From positions 6,205,094 to 6,269,093 of the forward strand of contig NC_057756.1 in NCBI RefSeq assembly GCF_004010195.1: a DNA stretch of 64,000 nucleotides. Direction: 5' to 3'. Of this stretch, positions 13,680 through 26,727 are shown in pieces. How positions within the stretch are numbered: position 1 is the first letter of the stretch; the number at the start of each line of letters is the position of its first letter. The position numbers and the translations under genes are program-made. This DNA is from Chiloscyllium plagiosum (lineage: Eukaryota). Under the pieces are notes generated by a model. The model was not told where the DNA came from. It made no database searches and worked only from the letters and a program-made list of their open reading frames with translations.

Positions 13680-14990
13680 TAGAACACAGAACATAGGCCC
13701 TCAATGTTATGCTAACATTTTATCCTACTATCAAACTAACCAATATACCCTACATTTTACTATCATCCATGTGCTTATCCAAGAGTTGCTTAAATGTCCC
13801 CTGACTCTACTACCATCACTGGCAGTGCAATTCCATGAACCCAGAACTCTCTGTGTAAAGAATCTATTTCTGACATCTCCCCTAAACCTTCCTCCAATCA
13901 CTTTATAATTATGCTCCTCATGATAGCTGCTTCTGCCTTGGGAAAAAGTCTGACTATCCACTATATCTATGCCTCTCATCATCTTGAAAACCTTGATTAA
14001 GTCACCTCTCATCTTTCTTCGCCCCAATAAGAAAAGCCCAAGCTCCCACACCATGTCTTCATAAGGCATGCCCTCCAGTCCAGGCAGCAGCCTGGTAAAT
14101 TGCCTCTGCACCCTATCTAAAGTTTCCATATCTTTCCTATAATGAGGTGACTAGAACTGAACACAATATTCCAAGTGTGGTCTAACCAGGACTCTACAGA
14201 GCTGTAGCAGAACCTCGCGTCTCTTAAATCCAATCCCCTTGCTCATGAAAGCCAACAGACTAGATACCTTCTTCACAACCCTATCAACTTGGGTGGCAAC
14301 TTGAGGGATCTGTGGATGTAGAACCTAAGATCTCTCTGTTCCTCCAAGAATCCCACCTTTAACCTTGTAACCCTTCCAAACTGAATCACTTCACACTTTT
14401 CCAGTTTGAACTCCATCTGCCACTTCTCAGCCCAGCTCTGCATCCTGTTAATGTCCCTTTGTAATCTACAATAGCCCTCCATGCTATCCACCCCTCAACC
14501 AACCTTCATGTCAACAGCAAACTTACTAACCCTCCCTTCCACTTCCCCATCCAAGTCATTCATAAAAATCAGAAAATCCAAAGGTCCCAGAACTGACCCC
14601 TGTGGAATACCACTGGTAATTGAGCTCGAGGCTGAATACTTTCTATTTGCCACCAACCTCTGTCTTGTAATTCTGTATCCAGACAACCAAACTTCCTTGC
14701 ATTCCATGCCTCCTTACTTTCTAAATGAGCCTAATATGGGGAACCTTATCAAGCGCCTTGCTAAAATCCATACACACCACATCCACTGATCTACCTTCTT
14801 CAATGTGTTTTGTCACATCCTCAAATAATTCAATAAGGGTTGTGAGATATGATCGGCATTTCACAAAGCTATGCTGACTATCTCTAACCAAACTATGGTT
14901 TTCTAAGTAATCACAAACGCAGAATCCTCTTCAATAATTTGCCCAGCACAGCTGTAAGACTGATTGGTCTGTAATCCCCAGGATTATCAA
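13680..14990 (-). mobile_element. CR1/HER1 LINE, 5'-truncated
   Basis: ORFs [11 protein letters not shown]...NDLD, WAEKWQMEF, RVQRQFTRLLPGL. Confidence 0.92.
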
Positions 14991-15636
14991 TGAGATTGAA
15001 ATACTGTCCATTGTTGAATGACAGAATAACTTCAGGCCAAACTTCAGACAGATGGAAAGTTAGTTGGATTTAGCTCTTTGAGTAGAAGTTAGAGTCCAGC
15101 TTTTAGGGTTGGTGAGATTGTCAGAAATACCAATATCTGGGACTTTCTCAGGTTCTCACTGAAAGAGAGATCTGTGTAGGTTCTCCTGTTGTATCATGTC
15201 TCCTTCCATTTGCAGGAGAAAAAGACTAGCCTTCTGCACATTTTTGAGATTTGTTCTCCCAGTGACACATACAGATGTCATGGAAGATAGCAACCATCTC
15301 CAGAAGAGTGGTGCTAAACACTATCAGTACCTATGTCCCATTTGTTCCAACCAAGTTTTTCCATTAATTAAAGCAATAAACGTTCCCACTAATCCCTCTT
15401 AAAATATTTACTTCTATCCTTTCCAAAGTTACTTGACATTCAGTAATGATCAGGTGAATCACAGCTCACATTACTGTTAAGCAATTCTCCATAGTTGTAG
15501 GACCCATCAACCCTTGGTAAATATTATCATATTGTCTGTTCTGGCCATGTAAATAATTCTTCATATGGTTGAATGAGCAAACTCCACTGAAACAGTTTAG
15601 CAATTTTATTATTAGATTTATCTACAAAGGCTACAG

Positions 15637-18400
15637 TATTACAAAATGGAGGTGAACACCTCTGTTAATTAAACCAAACATCTAGGAAAGCTCACCTCGC
15701 TTCATTATCTGTTAAAATATGAGTGACAGAGAACTCCCAAATTCCACTATTTAAAGAAAATGATATCAACTTATTCTTTAACTCTAAAAGTGAACATTAA
15801 GCAATAACTATTCACAACCCTAGGCCCTCTTTTTCTTAATTACTTATTACCTGCATCCAATTCTATAACAATATACTGCCCCATTAAAACACTTAATAAA
15901 ATTACATGGACTTAATTTCAAAATCACACAGTGGCTGTCGTCTTTGGTGTCTTTTTTCTTCTAACTGAAGATCTCCCATGGTCATCTTCTTTCTTTTACT
16001 GTGAATATGCTTCATATAAAAAGGTATCATTGATAGAGAGTGTTTCCTAATTTCTTGCATCTATCTTGATGGCAGTTTTCAAAATGCCTGTATTTTTATA
16101 TCCCTAACATTGGATCATCTCATTGGCTTGATGTTGGCAAAACAATAAGTTCAAACTTGATTGGGTTTTCGTATCCTGGGGCATAATTCAAACTAATTGG
16201 TTAAATTCAAATTGTTAAAACAACAAACAGAACTCAGATAGCCATTTCACAGCCATATGTTACATATTTTCATTTTTCCAGTACACTCTGAGACTACCAT
16301 ATATTCATATACACAGGTGCTTGTAAGCTCTCACTTCAGAACAGTATTCACTCTCTCTTAAAGGTGCAGTATGACTTCATGACACCTCCACCCTTAAGAA
16401 AAAAATGAACCACCATTATAAAAATGATAGCTTCATTTTTTTTCTAATTCTTAATCCCATTATAAGGAAATACATAGGTCATTAATCTAAGTTAATTTCT
16501 GCATATACACATAAAAAATAAAACATGGGAATCTGTCCAATCTTACCTTTATGTTTTCCTTTAAATCTGTGATAATGGATCTCTGATCACATTTTTATGA
16601 CCTGCAACATGGTCAATTTGCAAATTAGAAGTCTGTAACATAAGACTCCAACAAAATAATCTCATATTCTGTCTTTGAATCATTCCAAGAATGTAAGAGG
16701 AGTGAGGTCCATGTACATAACTGTGTCTAACACATTGTTCATCACAAAATATTGAAATGTTGTAAAGCCAGTACCAAACTTAATAATTCTTTTTCAATGG
16801 TAGATTATTTTCTCTGCTGGGTGTTGAGCTTCTTTGAAAAGTAACCAATTGGCCATTCAATTCCATCATCATCTTCCTGTAGCAATACAGCTCCAGCTCC
16901 ATATCTCTAACATTGATTGAAACTTTGAAGGGTTTCAAAAGATTTGGTGTCGCTAAAACTGGTGCGGTTGTTAATACTGCTTTTAAGTTCTCTAATGCCT
17001 CCTCACATTGTTCTGTTCACCAAAATGTTGTGTTTTTCATTAGTAAATCTATTAACGGTGCTACCACACCACTGAAGTTTGGAACTCTGGGAGTAACTGC
17101 TTAGTCCCAAAAATTGAAGTACCTCTTTCTTCGAGGTTGGTCTTGCAAATTCCTTGATGGCCTTCACCTTGCATTCCTTGGGGTCAACCTTCCATGACCA
17201 ATGTTATGTCCTAAGCATTCACCTCTGGTTTTGCAAAGTCTGTTTTCTTGATGTTTGTTACCATCAAGTTTTACTTCTTGTAATCTTTCATTAAGCCCTG
17301 TCAACTCTACCGTGTAATCTTTCCATGACTCACTAAATATCGCGAAAGATCACTACATCATCCAGATAAACTGCATAGTTTGTTAATCTGACCACAACTC
17401 TGTTCATGACTCTTTAGAGTATGGCTGGTGTGTTCTTCATTCCAAAGGGCATCAGTTTGAATTGATATAGCTCCTTTGGGGTGACAAACGCAGAGACTCT
17501 TTTCGCTTTCTCTGATAAAGGCACCTACCAATAACCATGCAGAGTAAGTACAACTTTGTCAACTTTCACTCTACAGTCTTGGTATTGGATATGAATCTGA
17601 TTTTGTTGCAGTATGACCTTTCGATAGCCCACGCAAAGCTGTTGAGTCCTGTCAGGGTTGTGCACTAACACGATCAGCAAACTCCACTCACTCTGACTCA
17701 GATCGATAATAGCTTCATTGAGCATCACATCCATTTCCTTCTGGACCTGTGAATAGCATTCTCTACTTCCACCTCATGCACAATAGTATAAGTCCTCCCC
17801 ATTTTATTCTTGCATACTGCTGTAACCAACCTCCCAACTATACTCTTTGCTCCTGAGACAGATAGTTCACTAACCTATCCCACTCCTCAAGGACTTCCTC
17901 ATTGTTTAACGTATCTTGAGGCATGTCAAACTCCATGACACCTGCATTTGATTCCTTACTCTGTGGGGCAGTAACTAGCACCTGTTTCTCCAGTTCCCTG
18001 TTTCTATTACGGTAAAGTTTCAACATACTCACATGACATCCCTGAAACATTTTTTTTCGATCCATCATCTTTACCAAATAGTTTACCTCATTTTTTTTTC
18101 TCAATTTGATTGGGACCACAAAACCTGGCTTTGAAGCAATCTCCTACCATTGGTAATGTCATCCCGAGGGGAAATGTCTGAATTTCAAGTTTTTATCTGC
18201 CACCTGCTTCATTCTATGCTGTGCCCTCTTTAGGTGGTGTTTAGCTAACTCACATACCTGATTTAGTCTCTCCCTCACCTCAGATACATAATCCAAGTGT
18301 GAGATCTCCAACTTCAGTCCTGTCAATTTTTCTTGGAATTAATTTCAAAGGCCCTCTCACTTCATGTCTGAATATTTACTCAAAGGGAGTAAATTTGAAT
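15637..18400 (-). mobile_element. Gmr1-like Gypsy element B: 3' LTR plus RNase H, RT and integrase C-terminal remnants
   Basis: LTR about 15637-16383 resembles the LTRs at 47916 and 57624. Polypurine tract ttaagggtggagg. RT start IIDLSQSEWSLLIVLV..QLCVGYRKV lies downstream of the integrase tail. Confidence 0.85.
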
Positions 18401-18829
18401 TGTTGTGAAAACAACAAACAAAACTCAGGTATCCATTCCACAGCCAAATGTGACATATATACTTTGTTGCTGCATTAATTTCTGAGAATTGTGCTCTATA
18501 AGCTTCTTTATGTCCAGTTATCATTTTGCAATGAGGCTGCCCCCCCCCCCGACCCGCAAGTCTTCAGTGTGAATGATGATCACTTTAAAGGGGCTGCAGG
18601 TCAGACCTACAAGGAAACACCAATCCTGGGAACTGGGCTGCTTCTGGATAATGTGTCTAAGGGTGGCATCACAGAATGACACGAGTTAATTGTTGCTAAA
18701 CTGCTATTAGGGTCTGTATTTCAACACCAGGTGCATTAAAAAATGTAAATTTTTAAACAAGAACTGGGATGGTAGAATTTCCAGGTAGAAATGAGAAAGG
18801 TAATCTGGAAAAACACACCAAAGAGCACC

Positions 18830-21800
18830 GAAAAAAACAGCACAGAACAGGCCCTTTGGCCCTCAATGTTGCGCTGACCTGTGAACGATTCTCAACTATC
18901 CCCCTACACTATCCCATCATCATCCATGTGCTTATTCAAGGATTGTTTGATGTGGCTTAATGTGGCTGAGTTGACTACATTAGCAGGTACTGCATTCCAC
19001 GCCCTTACCACTCTCTGAGTAAAGAACCTGCCTCTGACATCTGTCTTAAATCTATCACCCCTCAATTTGTAGTTATGCCCCCTCATACAAGCTGACATCA
19101 TCATCCTAGGAAAAAGACTTTCACTTTCTACCCTATCTAATCCTCTGATCATCTTGTATGTCTCTATCAAATCCCAACTTAGCCTTCTTCTTTCCAATGA
19201 GAACAGACCCAAGACTCCCAGCCATTCCTCATAAGACCTTCCCTCCAGACCAGGCAACATCCTGGTAAATCTCCTCTGCACCTTTTCCAATGCTTCCACA
19301 TCCTTCCCAAAATATGGGGACCAGAACTGTACACAATATTCCAAGTGTGGCCGCACCAGCGTTTTGTATAGTTGCAGTATGATATTGCGGCTCCGGAACT
19401 CAAACCCTCTACAAATGAAACCTAACACACTGTATGCTTTCTTAACAGCACTATCAACCTGGGTGGCAACTTTCAGGGATCTATGTACATTGACTCCAAG
19501 ATCCCTCTGTACATCCACACGACCAAGAATCTTTCCATCGACCCAGTACTCTGCCTTCCTGTTATTCTTCCCAAAGTGCATCACCTCACATTTAGCTGCA
19601 TTGAACTCCATTTGCCACCTCTCAGCCCAATTCTGCAGTTTATCCAAGTCCCCCTGCAACCTGTAACATTCTTCCANNNNNNNNNNNNNNNNNNNNNNNN
19701 NNNNNNNNNNNNNNNNNNNNNNNNNNNNNNNNNNNNNNNNNNNNNNNNNNNNNNNNNNNNNNNNNNNNNNNNNNNNNNNNNNNNNNNNNNNNNNNNNNNN
19801 NNNNNNNNNNNNNNNNNNNNNNNNNNNNNNNNNNNNNNNNNNNNNNNNNNNNNNNNNNNNNNNNNNNNNNNNNNNNNNNNNNNNNNNNNNNNNNNNNNNN
19901 NNNNNNNNNNNNNNNNNNNNNNNNNNNNNNNNNNNNNNNNNNNNNNNNNNNNNNNNNNNNNNNNNNNNNNNNNNNNNNNNNNNNNNNNNNNNNNNNNNNN
20001 NNNNNNNNNNNNNNNNNNNNNNNNNNNNNNNNNNNNNNNNNNNNNNNNNNNNNNNNNNNNNNNNNNNNNNNNNNNNNNNNNNNNNNNNNNNNNNNNNNNN
20101 NNNNNNNNNNNNNNNNNNNNNNNNNNNNNNNNNNNNNNNNNNNNNNNNNNNNNNNNNNNNNNNNNNNNNNNNNNNNNNNNNNNNNNNNNNNNNNNNNNNN
20201 NNNNNNNNNNNNNNNNNNNNNNNNNNNNNNNNNNNNNNNNNNNNNNNNNNNNNNNNNNNNNNNNNNNNNNNNNNNNNNNNNNNNNNNNNNNNNNNNNNNN
20301 NNNNNNNNNNNNNNNNNNNNNNNNNNNNNNNNNNNNNNNNNNNNNNNNNNNNNNNNNNNNNNNNNNNNNNNNNNNNNNNNNNNNNNNNNNNNNNNNNNNN
20401 NNNNNNNNNNNNNNNNNNNNNNNNNNNNNNNNNNNNNNNNNNNNNNNNNNNNNNNNNNNNNNNNNNNNNNNNNNNNNNNNNNNNNNNNNNGGATTTTTAT
20501 CTTTGTACACCCCAGTCCAACACCGGCATCCCCATCATGACTTATTTCAGAAAGCCAGTTTCTAATCCAAACTGCTAAATCACCCTCAATTCCATGCTTC
20601 TGCATTTTCTCCAACAGCCTATCATTTGGAACCTTATCAAAGGCTTTACTGAAGTCCACGTATACCACGTCAACTGCCTACCCTCATCTACATGCTTGGT
20701 CACCTTCTCAAAAAACTCAATGAAGTTTGAGAGACATGACCTGCTCTTGATAAAACCATGTTGACTATCTGAAATCAAATTGTTGCTTGCTAGATGATTA
20801 TAAATCTCATTATCTTATAATCCGTTCCAAAACCTTTCCTACAACAGAAGTAAGGCTCACTGGTCTATAATTACCTGGGTCATCTCTACTGCCCTTCTTG
20901 AACAAGGGCACAACATTTGCAATCCTCCAGTCCTCTGGTACTAAACCTGTAGACAATGATGACTCAAAAATCAAAGCCAAAGACTCTGCTATCTCCTCCC
21001 TAGCTTCCCAGAGAATCCTCAGATAAATCCCATCTGGCCCAGGGAACTTGTCTACTTTCACTCCTTCTAGAATTGATAACACCTCTTTGATAACTAACCT
21101 CGATCCTTTGTAGTCTAATGTCACGTACCTCATTCTTCTCCTGTACAATATTCTCCTTTTCCTGAGTGCAAACCGATGAGAAATGTTCGTTAGGCACTTC
21201 TCCAATCTCCACAGGGTCCACACTCAACTTCAGAACAGAACCACAGCAGCTTCCCATTTCTGTCTTTGACTGGCCCTATTCCTACCCTAATCATCCTTTT
21301 ATTCTTCACATGCCTATAGAAAGCTTTAGGGTTCTCCTTTTTCTATTTGCTAAAGACTGCTCGTGTCCTCTCTATGCTCTCCTTAACTCTCTCTTTAAAT
21401 CCTTCCGAGCTGATCTGTAACTCTCCCTCGCCTCTTCTGAACCATCTTGCCTCATCAACACATAAGCCTCCTTCTTCTGCTTAACCAGAAATGCAATTTC
21501 TGTAGTAAACCATGGTTCCCTTACCTTATCACTTCCTCCCTGCCTGACAAGAACATACCTATCAAGGACACGCAATATCTGTTCCTTAAACCAGCTCCAC
21601 ATTTCCATAATCTGCAACCCCTGAACTTTGCCATCCCATTTTGTGCATCCTAATTCTTGCCTAATCGCATTGTAATTGCACTTGCCCCATCATTAAGTTT
21701 TGACCTGTGGCATGTACCTATCGATTTCCATCACGAAACTAAACATAACTGAATTATTCCTCTCCAAAGTGCTCACCTACAACCAAATCAAACATCTGGC

Positions 21801-22325
21801 CTAGATCTTTACCAAGCACCAGATCCAGTGTGGCCTCCCCTATTCGACATACTGTGTCAGGAAACCTTCCTGCACACATTAGACAAAAACTGATCCATCC
21901 AACGTACTAGAGTTAGAACATTTCCAGTCAATGTTTGGGAGTCAAAGTCCCCCATAATGGCCACCCTGTTCCTTTCATCCCTGTCCAGAATAATGTTGCT
22001 AATCCTCTCTTCCACCTCCCTGGAACTCTGCAGAGGCCTATAAAAAACTCCAAGCAGTGTGACCTCTCCTCTCCTGATTTTAACCTCAGCCCACACTACC
22101 TCAGTAGACGAGTCCTTGTCAAAACTTCTTTCAGCCACCGTTATACTATCCTTGACTAACAAGGCCACACCTCCCACTTTTTTACCGCCTTGCCTGTTCT
22201 TAATGAAAGATCTAAACCCTGGAACCTGCAACATCCATTCCTCACCCTGCTCTATCCATGTCTCCGAAATGGCCACAACATTGAAATCCCAGATACCTAT
22301 CCATGAATTCCTACTTTCCACTTAA
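18830..22325 (-). mobile_element. CR1/HER1 LINE ORF2 (APE endonuclease + RT), interrupted by gap
   Basis: VVAISETW...GGVALLVK...IMGDF endonuclease motifs at 21857-22321; 251-aa RT C-terminal ORF at 18904-19659. Confidence 0.93.
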
Positions 22326-22449
22326 TTGTCAGGTATTGGTTAATAGTACAAGAAGAAGTTAACGTTGGTAAAAGGAATGAAAGTTTTAGAAATTTGGAAG
22401 TATAAGGTCCAGAAAGGTGAGCTCGGTTAGTTAAACCCCCCCCCCCCAA

Positions 22450-23930
22450 CTCCATGGCATACATGGTGTCATGGAGACTTGTTGTGGTCTGGACCAGCCT
22501 AACTGCAGGAAATTACAACGGCTGCACAAGTTTGAACTCTGGGTTTCAGAGCTCGAGCAGCAGCTCCAGTTACTGAGCTGTGTATGTGGGGCAGACAACA
22601 AAATGGATAGTACATTCAGGGAGATGGTCATACCGCATGTTAGGGCTAAGCAGGCAGATAGGGAATGTGGGAACACCTGGCAATCTAAGAGAAACAGGCA
22701 GGTAGTGAGGAGTTCTGAAGTACCACTCACCAGCTGGTTTTCCATCTGGATGTTAGTGATGGTGATGGATCCCTGGAGGAGTGCAGCAACAGGCAAGGCT
22801 GTGGTACCGTTGGTGGCCCACATGGACCAGGAGAGATGAGGCAAGAGTGAAAGGGCAGTACGAGAGGGGGTTATTTAGCTCGGGGACAGAGAGACATTTT
22901 TCCTGTAGTCAATGTGACTCATAGGTAGGAAGGGATTTTTTGGGCATTTTGCTGGTGTTGTTGGGGAGGTTTATATTCATTGAGTTGTGGGTGGGGACCA
23001 AGTAAGAATATGAGACCTTTGAATTCTGGAACAGAGTTACGCTGCATGTTTGTGAATGCAGATTATAGGTAATAAAACCAGGAAGTGTCAGGCACAATTT
23101 GTCTTGGTTGATTATGGTGTAATAATGTGATACTAATGGACACCTTTCTCAAGGAGAGGCATGTCTGAGTGTTAAATATCCCTGGTTACAAAGTGTTCAG
23201 AAAAGAGAGGATAGGAAAAAAAAGTAGATGCTCTGATATATTTGTTAAGGAGGGAATTTCAGGATTGGAGAAAGGGGAGCTTTCAGAGGGTTCAATGACA
23301 GAATCACATTGGCTGGAGCTCAGGAACAAGAAGAATACAGTGACAATACTTAGTGTAACATACAAACCACCAGCTAGTGGGAAGGATATCGAGGAATAAA
23401 TCTCAGGGGCAATTATAGAGAGGTGTAAACAGCATACAATCTTTCTGTAGGGGGACTTTAATTGACTGTATGTAGGCAATGATAGCGGTCGTGAAAACAG
23501 GTAGTGATTGTTTTCAGGATAATTCCCGATACCAGTATGTGTCCAGCCCAACAAGCAAGGGGTCACTGCTGGCCCTGCTTCTTGGGAATGAGGTGACCAG
23601 TAAATCAAGAGACAGTGAGGGAACATTTAGGGGACAGTGATCATTGTTTCATAAGGTTTAGGATGGAAGAGGGGAAATGACAGATGAATCCATAGTGAGA
23701 AAAATCAACTGATGGACAGCAGGCTTCAATGGGACAAGGACAGAGCAAGGCTGTAACCCTGACTGAAACCACAAAGATTAACAGGAGAAACAAGAGCTGA
23801 ACAATGAACTACCTTCAACCACGAGATGGCTGGAGCAGGGTAAACGAATATCCCCTCAATAGGTAAAGGAGGGAAAATAAAATCAGGGCTCCCTGAATGC
23901 AAAGGAGGTCAAAATTAAGTTAAAGAAGAC
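22450..23930 (+). mobile_element. Older CR1 LINE 5' portion (ORF1 and endonuclease remnants)
   Basis: CRKLQRLHKFELWVSELEQQL resembles the CR1 ORF1 zipper; LNIPGYKVFRK...WLELRNKK is endonuclease. Confidence 0.7.
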
Positions 23931-24343
23931 AAATGGTTTTGTCCAGGTGAAACTCAGCAGGTCTGGCAGCATCCGTGGAGAGAAAGCATTCAGCAGGAGG
24001 ATTGTGTGTCGTTCTGGATCCCACACCATAGTGAGGACAGGGTGTGGAAGTGGATTCTGCGAATGATTCCAGGGATGAGAAATTTCAGTTCTGAGGACAG
24101 GTTGGAAAACCTGGGGCTGGTTTCCTTGGAGAGGAAAAGGCTAAGGGAAGAGTTGGACAGAGGAGACACTGAGAAATTGGCCCGTGGCTTTCTCTCCACG
24201 GATGCTGCCAGACCTGCTGAGTTTCACCTGGACAAAACCATTTGTCTTCTTTAACTTAATTTTGACCTCCTTTGCATTCAGGGAGCCCCGATTTTATTTT
24301 CCCTCCTTTACCTATTGAGGGGATATTCGTTTACCCTGCTCCA
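23831..24343. repeat. 157-bp near-perfect inverted repeat with about 200-bp spacer
   Basis: 23831-23987 is the reverse complement of 24187-24343 with one mismatch seen. Confidence 0.92.
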
Positions 24344-24870
24344 ATTGAACATTAAAGAATCAAGAACCAGAGGTCACAGATTTACAGTGTTTTGCAGAAG
24401 AGATGAATGTGAGATGAAGAAAGCCTTTTCTCCCCACAGTGAGTTGTTTGGTCTAGAATGCACTGACTGAAAGTCTGGTGGTGTCAGGTTCAATTGAGGC
24501 ATTTAGGAGGAGTCTGGATAGTTATTTAAACAGACACAGTGCACATGGGATGGAGTAAAGGCAGGAAATTGGCACGAGGTCAAAATGCTCAGAGAACCAG
24601 CACAGACGCAATAGGCTGAATAGATCTATTTCTTCAAATTTCAAATACATAAAGGAGTTGATTGGCCAACTGGGAAAAGTGTTATTATTTCATGTTGTGA
24701 GCTATGGAGTGGTGGGGCTACAGTGAAGGTGCACTTCTCCAGTCTTAGCACTAACCCTCAGTACAGAGATCATCCTGGTTAACATGTTTTATCATGTAGG
24801 AGGGTGGTTTCTATTTGGTCTGATGCTCCATGCTATATTTATCTAAGAAGATCCATTCTCTGTGTGTTAG

Positions 24871-25164
24871 ATTTCACAGATAAACCTCTGATACACCCTG
24901 TGGAAATTATCACAGGAAAGCGTGTGAACCTAACCTGCATCTTCAATACAACGTGCAATGGAACAGCACCTGTCTTAACCTGGGCTACTCCAACTGCTGT
25001 ACATGGATCAGTCTCAATCACTGTCACTCGGCATGGGGTCACTCTGAGCTATACTTCTGTTCTGAGCCTAATACCATCACTCAGACACCAGGGACAAGCC
25101 CTCACCTGCAGAGTGAGTTATCCAACTGTGTCAACAGAGCAGACCCTCATACTGACAGTGCAAT
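24871..25164 (+). CDS. Siglec-like gene, Ig domain 2 (C2-set) exon
   Basis: tgtgtgttag| ... CAAT|gtaagt, 294 nt, phase 1/1. Reads DFTDKPLIHP...LTCIFNTTCNG...LTW...SVLSLIPSLRHQGQALTCRV. The extra Cys fits the Siglec domain 1-domain 2 disulfide. Confidence 0.93.
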
Positions 25165-25329
25165 GTAAGTATGGACATCTCTCATTCAACTTTTGCTGAA
25201 ACAGCTTACATTGTGCACAGCAAGATCCCAAAATTCCCAATGCTGTGCACTGCATTTCAACTGAGCAATCTCAGACTGAGAGTGCAGAGACAGTTTACTG
25301 ACATTACAGATCGTAATGTTGCGCTCTCA

Positions 25330-25815
25330 CAGAACTAACATTCAGACAGAGATGCTTTCCTTCTGCACTGACGATCCATCAGTGCAGCATCGCCTCAGTA
25401 ACTGACCATCGATCACTGTGGCTCTCCCTCAGCACTTACTCTCTGATCGTGTAGCACTCCCTCAGTACTGACTCTCTGACAGTGCAACACTCCCTCAGTA
25501 CTGACCCTCTGACAGTGCGGTACAGAGATGCTTTCCTTCTGCACTGCTGATCCATCAGTGCAGCATCGCCTCAGTAACTGACCATCGATCAGTGTGGCTT
25601 TCCCTCAGCACTTACTCTCTGATCGTGTTGCACTCCCTCAGTACTGACTCTCTGACAGTGCAACACTCCCTCAGTACTGACCCTCTGATAGTGCGGTACT
25701 GCCTCAGTGCTGACCCTCCGACAGTGAAGCACACTCTTAATACTGACCCTCTGACAGTGCGGTACTCCCTCAGTATTAACCCTCCAACAGTAAAGTTGCG
25801 ACATTCTCTCAGCAC
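25330..25815 (+). repeat. 33-bp minisatellite array (cagcactccctcagtactgaccctctgacagtg), diverged, with an internal block duplication of about 190 bp
   Basis: Repeated cagtactgac cores; cagagatgctttccttctgcactg occurs twice. Confidence 0.85.
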
Positions 25816-26140
25816 TGGATATATATGCAGTGGATAGTGCACATATGGAATTAGCTGCCAGAGGATATGGTGGAGTCTGGTACAATTACAACATTTTAAA
25901 GGTATTACAATTGGTATAGGAACAGGATAGGTTTCCAGGGAGATAAGCCAAATGTTGGAAACTAGGACCTCAGGATATCTGGTCAACATGGATGAGTTGG
26001 TCCAGACTGTTTACGCACTGTACAATTCTATGATTCTCCTGTCTTCACAATGACCAGAAATGCCTACTTCTTCTGTGATCTGTGGGTAAAGAAACTGCAA
26101 TGATATCTCAGCTTTCATATACTCAGGAACTGATCATATG

Positions 26141-26430
26141 TGACACAATGGCACAGTGGTTAGCACTGCTGCCTCACAGCGCCAGAGACCTGGGTTCAAT
26201 TCCCGCCTTAGGCGACTGACTGTGTGGAGTTTGCACGTTCTCCCCGTGTCTGCGTGGGTTTCCTCCCACCATCCAAAGATGTGCAGGGTCAGGTGAATTG
26301 GCCATACTAAATTGCCTGTAGTGTTAGGTAAGGGGTATGGGTGGGTTTCGCTTCGGCGGGTCGGTGTGGACTTGTTGGGCCGAAGGGCCTGTTTCCACAC
26401 TGTAATCTAATCTAATCTAATCTAAATCTA
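26141..26430 (+). mobile_element. HE1-type SINE ending about 15 nt before the acceptor of Ig exon 26446
   Basis: SINE body plus (TCTAA)n tail; absent at the paralogous position before 34159. Confidence 0.92.
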
Positions 26431-26445
26431 ATGATTTGTTTATAG

Positions 26446-26727
26446 ACCCACCACGGAATCTCTCAATTATTTCCCTGGATGGGATTAAAGATTCATCCAT
26501 CAATATAATTGAGGGGAATTCTGCAGTCATAATCTGCTCTGTGAAGAGCTTCCCAGTATCTAACCTGACGTGGAGACATCTTAATGTCACAATGAACAGG
26601 ACACATTCCAACAATGAGCTGTGGTTGGAGATTCCTCACATTACACCCAGGGAGACTGGAGACTATCAGTGTGTGGCAGAGAATGAACATGGAGCAATGG
26701 AGAGCTCCATAACCATCACTGTGACAT
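26446..26727 (+). CDS. Siglec-like gene, Ig domain 3 (C2/I-set) exon, type A
   Basis: ttgtttatag| ... ACAT|gtgagt, 282 nt, phase 1/1. Reads YPPRNLS...IICSVKSFPVSNLTW...TGDYQCVAENEHG. Confidence 0.92.

Noticed and set aside
18904..19659. 251-aa open RT fragment as an active or domesticated LINE
   Set aside because: The upstream part of the same copy is broken by stops and frameshifts; an ordinary young CR1 remnant.
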